Shown: positions 13,627 to 23,656 of the stretch, in pieces
How the letters are laid out: every line of letters begins with the position of its first letter
Numbering within the stretch: position 1 is the first letter of the stretch
Source: Circinaria calcarea
Taxonomy: Eukaryota
Direction: 5' to 3'
Assembly: GCA_051942165.1 (NCBI GenBank)
Contig: JAVECS010000014.1
Coordinates: forward strand, 1 to 46,925
DNA length: 46,925 nucleotides
The notes under the pieces: generated by a model
Told to the model about the DNA's origin: nothing
What the model saw: the letters and a program-made list of their open reading frames with translations, nothing else
Database searches by the model: none
Made by a program: the position numbers and the translations under genes

Positions 13627-13917
13627 GCTCTGTATATACCGAATGTCATGGATTCTCATGTTCAATCGGCCAATTCAGGCACGACACTAGCAACAGGTAT
13701 ATATCTTCAAAGAGTTCCGCTTCACATGCGTCCCGACGCATTACTGCATGTATTATACCTCTTAATGATTTCAATTAGTCGGTGCGGCGGCTCACCCCCG
13801 GGTAAGTAGCGTCAGATTCGCTCCACCAGCGTAGATAAAATACACCTGATGGTATAATATCAGCAGATCCTCCGCGGTATCGTAAATCAGTCTGGCTAAC
13901 ATCTCCTGTATCACATC

Positions 13918-15176
13918 ATGGGCCCACATTCAAAGCTGATGGAAGTCGAACCAAAGTACCTAACCGGAGACAAGGAGGCTATCGAGGGATTCATTAAGAG
14001 ATTCGATGTAAGTCGCAGGTTATTACTTGAACGAGCTCAACCGTCACGATTTACATTGGCATTCCTCAGAGCCCCTTGAATTGAGTTTGACCCAGGTATT
14101 CCTTTTCGACTGTGATGGTGCGTACGCCGTGAAATCCTTGTCCTCGATGCTGCCCTTCGCCATCAACTTCAAATCGTGAAGCGGCATGATTACTTTCGAA
14201 CCGTGGCTGAGGAGACGAGGCGCGGAACAGGCGTCCTGTGGTCGGGCGACCATGTCTTCGAAGGTACCGTGGAGACATTGGAGATGCTGCGGAGTAAAGG
14301 TGAAGCATGCCGCCGCCTCTTCCTTCTCGCGCTGACGCTTTCTACTTTACCAAGGCAAACAAGTTGTTTTCGTCACAAACAACAGCACCAAATCCCGTGA
14401 AGATTACAGGACGAAACTCACCAGCATGGGCATACCTGCATCGGCGGTAAGACCGTTGGCCTCTTCGTGGTAGCCTCGCCCTACCCCGCTGATCCAGTGC
14501 CCTCCATCCGTAGGAAGAAGTCTTCGGCTCCTCATACAGCGCAGCAATTTACATCTCCCGTATTCTCAATCGCCCTCCTTCCCAGCCTACTGTCTTTGTC
14601 ATTGGCGAATCCGGAATCGAAACCGAATTGTCTTCCGAGTCGATTCCTTATATCGGTGGTAGTGATCCATCCTTTCGCCGTACAATAACTCCCGAAGATT
14701 ACATTTCTATCGCTTCAGGTGAGGCACTCGACCCTTCCGTTGGTGTTGTTCTCTGCGGGTTGGATTTCAACATCAATTACCTGAAGCTTAGTCTTGCATA
14801 CCACTACATCCAGAGGGGCGCAGTGTTTCTCGCGACGAATAACGATAGTACCTTGCCTTCTGCGAACAAACTTTTCCCGGGAGCCGGGGCGATTGTGGCG
14901 CCGTTGGTGAAAATGCTGGGAAGGGAACCGACGGCTTTGGGGAAACCAAGCCAGGCGATGATGGACGCGATCGAAGGGAAGTTTCGGTTTGATAGGAGAA
15001 GAGCTTGTATGGTTGGTGATAGGCTGGATACGGATATCAAATTCGGGGTCGAGGGTGGCTTAGGCGGTACGTTGGCGGTGCTGACGGGGGTTATTAAGAA
15101 GGGGGAGTGGGAAGGGGAAGAGGCGAAGCTGAGGCCGATGGCATATGTGGATAGGTTGGGGGATTTGATGGGATAG
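13918..15176 (+). CDS. PHO13: HAD-IIA phosphatase, 4-nitrophenylphosphatase/phosphoglycolate phosphatase (Pho13-like), 5 exons
   Basis: The spliced product has motif I FLFDCDGVLW (22-nt exon 14096-14117), motif II FVTNNSTKSR, FLATNND, GKPS and motif IV MVGDRLDTDIKFG..GG..TLAVLTG. The start could be 13918 or 13939. Confidence 0.9.
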
Positions 15177-15828
15177 ATTAAACTTCATGAAGTTTTGGCT
15201 TTGAGTAGGCATCAGTCTTGATAAAGCTCGTATAGTTGCGGGTTCCTTTCTCTGGTACGAATCATCAATTCACCCGGGTATAATTAGGACAGCAAGTGTT
15301 TACAAAGAAACTCATCGCCCAGTAAACCTTAAGCCTTTCATGACAGTCTAAACAGCTGACATGTGCCATCACTGTGAGCTCCTTCAGAGGTTTCCGTTAG
15401 AATATGGTCGGAAGCGGGAACGGAGCGGACCATACTCCGTTCAGGACTCCTGAGAACAACTATACAGCAAGGACACACCAAATGCCTTACGTCCTTCAAG
15501 GATCGCAGTCGGCTGACCAAGAGTTCTTGGTTGTGTTTTACCTTTCAGTGTGGCGTTCCGGTAGACTTGATCGCCATCTGGGCTCACCGGACCCTCTTCA
15601 GACGGTTTTTGACGGCTGTACGTATCCTTCAGGGGTATCTGTTCTGGGCTCAAAGAGTAACAAGCAGAGCGCACGAAACGTTTGTGTGTTGTGATTAAGA
15701 AAGCCAAACACGTTCAAGAGGATCGAACACATGATTCTTGGCAGCTTAGAAGTAGAAAGCCTCCAGCAATCGAAATATCAGATTAGAAATCTATCCACGG
15801 TCTGTCCGCATAAGCTCTTTCTGTGCCA

Positions 15829-16395
15829 TCATATCCCACAATTAGCCCTTGCGGCAGCCATTAGAAACGGATTCGGAACATAACGGCTCGGCTTCCTGAA
15901 AGGAGTCACAGGTGCGTCCGCCACTTCTTCCACCTCGATCATGCCCGAAACCATAAGATGAATCAACCCTTTCTCGCCGGCGGTTGTCCTCCCTCCCAGT
16001 CTGTTCGAGTGCACGACACAACTTCGGATCAACTCGACTGATCGGTCCGAAATCTCGGCCAAGGTGCCAACATCATCGTCGCTGTCGTTCGCCATGTCGA
16101 TTGTGATCATGCATGTGCCATACTCCCATCTCCAAGGAACCGTGTAACCTTTGTGAAGCTGTTGTGAAAATGTCATAGGGGCCTGGTCCTTGTCACCACA
16201 GACGGCTAGCTCGGCCGCGTGCCAGCAGTCAGCTGCGATTGGGAGCTGTAGCTTTCTGCCAAGTTGTTGTTTGAAGCAGTATACCATGTAGCGTTTCTCT
16301 ATCGAGTTGGCGGGTGAATGAGGGTTGGGAGTGGAAGGAAGGGCGAGAAGGAATGGGGGAAGCAGGGCGAGAAGGAGAAGCAGATGCATGAACAT
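15829..16395 (-). CDS. Small secreted cysteine-rich protein (effector-like)
   Basis: Single exon. It has a hydrophobic signal peptide (MFMHLLLLLALLPPFLLALP), a short propeptide ending in a Kex2-type KR, and 6 Cys including ADC, WEYGTCMITIDM and LIRSCV..GGR. The true ATG is at 16395 or 16389; the ORF track starts at a GTG. Confidence 0.8.
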   Translation of the reverse strand: MFMHLLLLLALLPPFLLALPSTPNPHSPANSIEKRYMVYCFKQQLGRKLQLPIAADCWHAAELAVCGDKDQAPMTFSQQLHKGYTVPWRWEYGTCMITIDMANDSDDDVGTLAEISDRSVELIRSCVVHSNRLGGRTTAGEKGLIHLMVSGMIEVEEVADAPVTPFRKPSRYVPNPFLMAAARANCGI

Positions 16396-17325
16396 AATAG
16401 TCACAAATATTCAGCAAAGCGAAAGAGATATCTTCTCGAGAAGATTGCCCTGTCAAGTCCAAGAACAAAGTTTGAGACAGATAAGTTGAATTAACAGCGT
16501 TCTATAGGCAAGAAGAAAAGATGAGGAGCCTTGATCGCATCAGCAATAGAGCTAGAAATGGCGAGGACGTCAGTAGATTTCTCCAACGAGCTGGCGCCTT
16601 GATGATCAACAAGATGATGTGGCTTATTGAAGTTAGATAGAAGAGAGCAAATCATTAAATTCTGAGCGTTTCAAAGGGGAATGCCCTCTAAACTATCCAC
16701 TGGTGAGATTTCAAAATGAGCGGAGCTAGGGGTTGATAACGATTTGACTGTTGCGCAAATCGCCTATTGAGGTGCAATCGCTCCCAACACCGGGTTCCAT
16801 TCTTCTCTCCCGACGTCTCAGAAACCGCGGCCAAGCATTACAGACAGTTCCACGAACTCACTCCCCGTCACCTTTCATCTTGGGCATGCCGACCTTCGAT
16901 TTTGTATTTGAAGTATGGAAGAGTGAGTGAAGTGACTATCCCTGTTAGTAGGTGCCACAATCACTGATGTATGATATAACGTACGCAATGCATACGAGAC
17001 TCTCCAGAACTCACACTTGTTTTGATGGCTGCTGCTAAGCCTTCCGTGCAAGTCACTATTCTGCCACCTTCTTCATCGCCCAGGCAGCTACCTCATAGCA
17101 AGTAGTTTTCGGCCCCTTTCTATCTGTACAGAGATCACCAAAGCGACAAACTGACGGATAGTGGAGATGTGAACTCAGATACGCGTAAGTATGAGAGCAT
17201 AAAAGGTACTGCAGTGTCAGAGTAGCCTCCGTTCAAGTTTGAGCGAAGAATGTATGAAAGCTTTGAAGGAATAGCAGGCTTGCGTATGGAGGAAATCATG
17301 TTCAGTTGAGATCACAGAGAAGCTG

Positions 17326-18299
17326 TTATAGATATCCCCGTTTGACCAATCTATCAAGAACTCTACCATCTTCGGCTGCCCAGGCCGGAACTTTGTCGAC
17401 TTTCCAAATCCCATTTTTGCATTTCACCCTGAGATAGATAAAGCCTTCTTTGAACACGGCCTTCTTGAGGACTTGAAACCCCCGCCATGTCCAGTAACTT
17501 GCTTGGCGAAAGGGGAGAGTCAGAATTTTCGATTTTTCAATCTCTCGCATTTGAGCTTGCCTTCGATAAATTTTAGCGCGCTCCGCAGACGAAAGCTTCA
17601 TTGCAGGCTCAAGTAGTCGAGATGAAAGAGAGACATCAGTGTATGGGACCACTACAGAGTTTGGTCGGAATCCAGGAAACATTGCTGCACTATCTATTTT
17701 GAGTAACAGAGATCCGTTTTTCGTTGGTAGAGCAGTGATAGAGCTAACCAGACGATACACCTAAAGGCATTAGGGCGTAGGCATATGTGGAATAATACAT
17801 GACTTACTCCAAAAAAAGACCTGATTCCGACAAAAGTCATGAATACACTAACACCGCCCATCATGACAGGTAGCCAGCCAGGAGTGCCATCCATTGGGTG
17901 GAGGTACTGGCTGTAGAACACAAAGCCTGCATAAACCAGACAAAAGGCGCCAAAGGAGGAGCATGTAGCAACGTATACAGTCGGAGATGGTGCCTGATAT
18001 AGAAGAGTGGGCGAAGAACGGCTGGACAATGTTTCTGCGAACGATTTATATGCTCCATGAGCGCCCTTCAATGTTGGCAAGCGACGCGAGTCGGCAGACG
18101 CTGCAAACTGGCTCGATCCACCGCCGATTTGCAATTTCTTTGCTCTCAAGTGAGCGGCATTGGAGAAGCTTCTCGCTGGTGGGAAAGATTTTGAGATGTA
18201 GGTTGGAAAGTGGGGGGAGAAACATCGAGTCGAGATATTATAATACAAGCCGTTGGACTTGAAGAGATGGGAAAGCCTTGACGGGAGAGGTGCTGCCAT
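17326..18299 (-). CDS. Probable mitochondrial membrane protein with two TM helices (possibly TMEM223/Mrx15-like), 2 exons
   Basis: ATG 18299 starts an Arg/Ser-rich, acid-poor presequence-like N-terminus, followed by PTLLYQAPS and two hydrophobic helices. A 47-nt intron at 17761-17807 (GTAAGT..CTAAT..TAG) joins ORF 17326-17760. The family assignment is inference. Confidence 0.7.
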
Positions 18300-18535
18300 G
18301 GGCAGGAGTAACCCTTCTACAAACTCTACTGCGTTTACCAGTCGGATCTGAATGCAGCGAAGCCCTACTGATGCTATCCGGTAAATTCGGAAACCGTAGA
18401 ATACGGAAGCCCATTGACGCTCATTGTCATCCGTAGTCATAACTTTTCCCAACCAACGTCCCCGTCCTCGTCCCCAGGTACACCGTGGACGGTCTTGCTC
18501 GGGATTCGATGTCAGGCCAAGTCCCTGATTAGAGT

Positions 18536-20115
18536 ATGAGTTCATTGCCAGTCACTCTCAAGAGGGTTTCCCGTCTATCTGGTCGACAATTACAACGCAA
18601 TGGAACTTCCCGGGGTTTGTTCTCCTCCCGCTGGCTACTTTACATTCGCACGATTAAGGACTTAGAGACTGATAGGAACTACTCACCGTAGGCCTTCGTA
18701 GTTGTTCGAAAGCTCTTGCAGCCCAGGATCTCACTATGCCTGCCATGTCACCCACGATGACCGAAGGCAACATTGCCAGCTGGAAGGTCCAAGAGGGTTA
18801 GGAATCCCCCTACAGGAATACCAAGTCTATAGCCTGTAGAACGCTGAAGAAGCTTTCAATAGGGGATAGTTTCACAACCGGCGATGTCTTGTTGGAGATA
18901 GAGACAGACAAGGCCCATATGGATGTTGAGGCGCAAGATGAAGGGATTATGGCCAAAATTATGGTATGCCCTCACCCTGTTGTCCATGGACGGAGGAATG
19001 CTAAACGGGCTTCTCGGCAGCAACCGGAAGGGTCCAAAGGTGTCAAAGTAGGATCTCGAATAGCAGTGTTGGCGGAACCTGGGGATGATCTTGGCAGCCT
19101 ATCCATCCCTGGTGAAGGTACAACCTCCACCACTGCCCCACAAGAAAAAACCAAGTCTGGAATAGACCCAGAGAAATCTTCAGAATCACAGGCCGAAGCT
19201 CCACCATCATCCAAAGCTCCGGATGCGCCTCCCTCTTCACCCAGAAGTTCCTCCGCTTCCTCGCCCCAGCAAAATTCCAAAACCTCAATCCAACCTAGAA
19301 GGCAAACATACCCTCTTTACCCTTCCGTCGCTCAACTCCTCCACGAGAAGGGCGTCCCTACTTCAACGGCAGACAAGATTCCTGCTAGCGGACCCAAGGG
19401 TCGTTTACTGAAAGGGGACGTCCTGGCTTACCTTGGTGCGATCGAAGCCTCCTACCCTTCCAACCAATCAGCTCGTATATCAAAGCTCGGCTACCTTGAT
19501 CTTAGTAATATCAAGATTGCCCTGCCGAAAGAGATGCCTGGTCCTCCTCCAGAGACAGTAAAAGCTACCCCTGTACCCCCGCAGCCAGAGGTCGATACGG
19601 AGATGGCTGTTACAATCTCTCTCAAAGCTGTACGTGAAGTCCAACAGCGGTTCCATGATGTCCTAGGCATTGACGTCCCGTTGTCGACGTTCATTGCCCG
19701 TGCGGCCGACATCTCCAATAATGAACTCCCCCCGGCCCAGTCATCGCAACCTACATCTGATGAGCTTTTTGATCAAGTCATCGGTCTCGACAAGGTCGTA
19801 TGCAAGACGTCGCGGGGAAGCTTCACGCCTCAGGTCACCGCTTTACCAGCTACACCGACACCTAATATATTGAGCAAAACCTTACCGAAGCCCGATATTA
19901 TTGACTTGCTTACCAGAGGTCCTCCGTCGAGTCATGCTGCTCAGGGGTTTCATCCGACACGATCTCGGGCCATAATTGGGGGATCAGGGGTGGGGGCGGC
20001 CACTAATATATTTAGTGTCAATGCACCAAATGGACAGGAGAAGCGGGCTAAGGTTTTCCTAGAAAGGATGAAGACGATATTGCAGGTAGAGCCTGGAAGG
20101 CTGGTGATCCAGTAG
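18536..20115 (+). CDS. PDX1: Pyruvate dehydrogenase complex protein X (E3-binding protein), 4 exons
   Basis: Presequence exon from ATG 18536. Introns at 18615-18691, 18797-18863 and 18964-19020. Lipoyl domain [14 protein letters not shown]...GD....[14 protein letters not shown]3-binding domain YPSVAQLL...[19 protein letters not shown], and fungal PX C-terminus [16 protein letters not shown]. No E2 catalytic domain is seen. Confidence 0.9.
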
Positions 20116-20504
20116 TATGCATGAATGATGCAGTTTTTGAAATGGTATAAATATAAAACACAATATTGCACTGGTCCGGGGGAAACGCAGTTCATATTGC
20201 TCATGTTGCTCATGAATCCGCCAATCACGTTTTCCGGTGGATCTCGCTGCTTAAGCAAGTAATTACATTTGTCCGTCATGATGAGCTCCAAGGGTACAGA
20301 GTAATAACTGCAGGTTAGTATCCGTCGCTAACCTTCAATTGAATCAAAGTGGAATGCAGCAGGCACGCCGTGAATGATTTTCCGTTCCGATCCATAGAAG
20401 CGAAAAGCCATTTGAGTTGTCCAGCCAATACGCTGTGTTTACATTTAGCTTAGTTTGTTGGTATCTACCAAAGTAGATTCGACCTTCGCGTTGATTTCAA
20501 TCAC

Positions 20505-22187
20505 ATGCTACGTGCCATGCAGACACCAGAACAACCGTACTGTCTACACACTATGCAAGACTATCCAGAAGTAACTCCCTGCCCGTTGAAAGTTGAGCAT
20601 TCACGAAAACAGGATACCTTGTTACTGGCGAACCCATCGAAGCATCGGTACCTCACACGCACACTCGAGGAAACCACCGAGAATGTCAACTTCGCAACCG
20701 AATTAAAAGCTGCATTCAGGCAAGCGGGGCCCCGACGGAGGAAGGTGACTGCTAGCAAGGATGGCCCGATACAGATTTATGAAGATGGGAAGGGGAGTAC
20801 AGCATTGCAGAGCAGAACCGATCCCGTGGGCAACTGTCAGGGTGCGGTTCTAGAAAAGACAAGGGATGCCTCAAGACGTGGACTAGTTCCAATGTCTTTG
20901 AATTCTCTGAAGTCCACTTATCAGGGCTTTCCACAGGCGAAGAACAAGAGGAGGGAAAGAGAAAGGCGAGATAGCCTGATTCATGACGGGAAAGGTCCAC
21001 TAGGGAAAAAACTATGGGGAAAGAACATCTATGTGCCCGATCGAAACAAAGCCAATGAATTCAAGCTTTCAGAAGCCATGAGTGGTACACACTGTCCAGT
21101 TAGAACCCGGACCTGCCCAGAGGGATCTTTGCTTGTGATACAAGAAGCATCCTCCGAGTACCAAGGGCTTGGGTGCAAACCCCTGCCGATTAATCCAAGG
21201 CGTGTGGTTTTGCAGCCACCACTCAAGGCACTGCAAGGGCAATGCACAGTCACCGATCGCCCAGGTAGACAAACGGGGAAAGAGAACATACCGCCAGGTC
21301 AGAGGTCCATATCAGTATGTAGGAAAGGTGGGAAGGATGGAGGATTGACAGAAAGGTCTCGTTCAGGCTGCTTTGTCACAGCAGACCGTTCTTCCGCCCA
21401 GGGTGGCCCGTGCAAAATAGAAAGCATTTGCGAGTCTGGTGGAGCCTCTGATCAACGAAGACTGGCATTTTCTGACGTGTCAGACGTGGTAGTCCTGGTA
21501 CAAGCTCTTTACTTGAAGGAACAGTCGCCTAGCATAGATGGCTGTGATTCACGGCATCACGAGAATCAGGATTGCCGCAGCAGCATCAAGAGCGTTAAAG
21601 CGAGCTACGTTGAAAGGCTCTTTAAGCCGAATTTTAGCATCCTGATTCCAAGGTCAACGGCAAACCCCCTACTTGGAGAAGTTGTTGTTTTACATCCCGA
21701 GGAAGACTGGCTTACCTATCAAGAAACGGCAATGGCTGAGCTTATCAATACCCTGTTCAGGAATGCTGACTCGCCGAATAGGCATCGCAAAGCAGACACG
21801 AAAACATTGAGACGTGAGATGATGGGAATATACCAGTCAACATCCATGCTAGTTCTATACAAAAGATTGCAAGCTTCACTTCAGTACGGATCTTTGAGCC
21901 GATCAAAGCATACATTGTTTGATCATTCCCATAGCTTGTCCGATGTTGGCTTCAGACAACAATTCGTCGATTTATGGACGAAAACTTACTGTCCATATCT
22001 TCTTACAGCGGCCGTAGAAGTCGCAACAGGTCGTGAACTTACTGCCAGCATAAGCGATCCTGTAGCTTTCAGCCCCGGTCAAGCAACGAAACGCAAAGCA
22101 TTGATCCACGATCTTGAGATTTTCATGGATGGTTGTCTCCTGCGGAACCAGGAGGCTTGCCCTCCCACAGACGCTGTTTTAATGTAG
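20505..22187 (+). CDS. Truncated Asp/ASPM-like (fungal calmodulin-binding Sha1-like) protein, N-terminal 560 aa only
   Basis: Uninterrupted ORF with motifs I recall from fungal Sha1/ASPM proteins: GKENIPPG, EDWLTYQETAMAELIN, LYKRLQASLQYGSL, DVGFRQQFVDLW..TY....L.AAVEV.TGR. It stops at a TAG before the calponin-homology region. Confidence 0.7.
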   Translation: MLRAMQTPEQPYCLHTMQDYPEVTPCPLKVEHSRKQDTLLLANPSKHRYLTRTLEETTENVNFATELKAAFRQAGPRRRKVTASKDGPIQIYEDGKGSTALQSRTDPVGNCQGAVLEKTRDASRRGLVPMSLNSLKSTYQGFPQAKNKRRERERRDSLIHDGKGPLGKKLWGKNIYVPDRNKANEFKLSEAMSGTHCPVRTRTCPEGSLLVIQEASSEYQGLGCKPLPINPRRVVLQPPLKALQGQCTVTDRPGRQTGKENIPPGQRSISVCRKGGKDGGLTERSRSGCFVTADRSSAQGGPCKIESICESGGASDQRRLAFSDVSDVVVLVQALYLKEQSPSIDGCDSRHHENQDCRSSIKSVKASYVERLFKPNFSILIPRSTANPLLGEVVVLHPEEDWLTYQETAMAELINTLFRNADSPNRHRKADTKTLRREMMGIYQSTSMLVLYKRLQASLQYGSLSRSKHTLFDHSHSLSDVGFRQQFVDLWTKTYCPYLLTAAVEVATGRELTASISDPVAFSPGQATKRKALIHDLEIFMDGCLLRNQEACPPTDAVLM

Positions 22188-23100
22188 AGAGGTCTCGTGA
22201 AAATTGTGCTCATCAATAAGGCAAAGGCCTCGGGACTAAGCACGAAAAAAGTTTTCCGCAAGTGTCAAGACACAAGTCTTCTCATGCGATCCCGGGTCAA
22301 TTGACAGCACTCCTTATGCCCTGGGTGGTTGATGTGACGCGACGGCTGTCACATCTGGATTGCCACATAAGCGGCATCTAGCTCCCTCTTGCCGAGTACC
22401 AGCTTTTGATAAGGAGCGTTGCAGCAGATCTACGCGATGAATTTCGACTAACTCGTCCTGTCAAACTGCTCTTGTTCCTCCAACACAGTTGAGCCGGCCC
22501 TCTGGGAATGATATCATCAACATGCCAACGGGAGCCGTCCCCACAGGAGATGCAACGAACAGGAGCGAGAGTGCACTGTTGCACGTCTCAAGTATCCCTG
22601 TCAGGGGAGGGCTTCTCGTTTGCATAACGTACAGATCGCTTTGAGTGCCCTAGCAGGAGTTCGGGAGCTTGAGACCGTAGTCGATGGAATTCAGCCAGAG
22701 GACGTGGTGGATGGTCATCGGGAAAAAACGATGGACATACTCTAGGTCTTGATGGGGAGCTAGGAGTTGAAAGCCCCTTGTCGACGGGCGAGACTTACTT
22801 TGGGAGTATCGCAAGCAGCGGCGGAAGGCAAAACAAGCCGGTGTAACCGAGTTTGACTCAGACGACGGCCTTCGAGTCATCTTTGATGGAAGCCAAACGT
22901 ACACTCGTCTACTAAAAGCCTGGACAGAGGCGGTGGGTTGGAACGACGGCCTAAGAAATGCTGAACTTGAACCCCACTTGCGGGTGGGACGATCTTTGGT
23001 GCATTATCAATGAGTATTACGTCGTGCCGGCTATCACAGCGCGGGAGATGTTCCGAGACGAGGTTTCTTTGCCGGCGAAGCTCGATAAGCTGGGGTGCTG
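22188..23100 (+). pseudogene. Decayed 3' part (CH-domain region) of the Asp/ASPM-like gene
   Basis: Fragments in shifting frames: LINKAKAS; HKSS...LLMP..DVTRRLSHLDC....*.PLAEY.....AADLRDEFRLTRPVKLLL; RLKYPC..RASRLHNVQIALSAL; IQPEDVVDGHREKTMDIL*VLMGS*EL; LLKAW; IINEY; KLDKLGC. In-frame TAGs at 22379, 22743 and 22761, plus several frameshifts. Confidence 0.8.
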
Positions 23101-23461
23101 GGACTTAAATTCCTCTTGCTGCCAACTTTCGAAAATGTTTTACAATTTCTCGTATTTCAAGCTAGGCAGCACATGTAAATAGATGACCATATTAAGCTAA
23201 AATTTCTACCACATAATTAAAAGCAATAGTGCAAAAAAAGCCGTCTACAAACCCATAAGTGCCAGAGACATGGATCACACGCTCCTTAAGCACAAGTATG
23301 TTTTGCAGAAGGAGGAAGTTGCAAAAGTACTTTTCAAAGGCCACTGAGCGTTTAGCGCTCTTTCTTTATCGAGGATTTCTTTTTAAAAATCCGTTTAGAA
23401 GGGATCTTCGTGGCAGCTTATAAACTTCTTTTCTGTCCTCGGGCATATCGCTATAAACTTG

Positions 23462-23546
23462 TAACGCGCGCCAGCGCGCAATGCCCTGAAACGCGTGATC
23501 TACTACTAAATACACTAGAATGGAGCCCGCGCGCTGGCGGGCGTTA
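23462..23546. mobile_element. MITE-like element A (inverted repeats flanked by TA)
   Basis: GTAACGCGCGCCAGCGCGC (23461-23479) matches the reverse complement of GCGCGCTGGCGGGCGTTAC (23529-23547) at 18/19 positions. TA dinucleotides at 23462-23463 and 23545-23546 can be read as a target-site duplication. Confidence 0.45.
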
Positions 23547-23567
23547 CCAGTAGTATAATATGGATAG

Positions 23568-23625
23568 AGCACGCAGTATGGTATGGAAAGAGCACGCAGC
23601 ATAGCTTGGCAATAGCACGCAGTAT
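23568..23625. repeat. Three copies of AGCACGCAG(T/C)AT at an exact 23-bp period
   Basis: Copies start at 23568, 23591 and 23614, with divergent 11-bp spacers. Confidence 0.8.
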
Positions 23626-23656
23626 ATCAGTCCTCTATATATGCGTAGAGAGTGTA

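Noticed and set aside
18300..18545. 82-aa N-terminal extension of ORF 17694-18545
   Set aside because: It spans the shared promoter and overlaps the PDX1 start. The presequence-like segment begins at ATG 18299.
23568..23625. CRISPR-like repeat/spacer pattern
   Set aside because: Repeats of 12 bp and spacers of 11 bp are far too short, there are only three copies, the context is eukaryotic and there are no cas genes.
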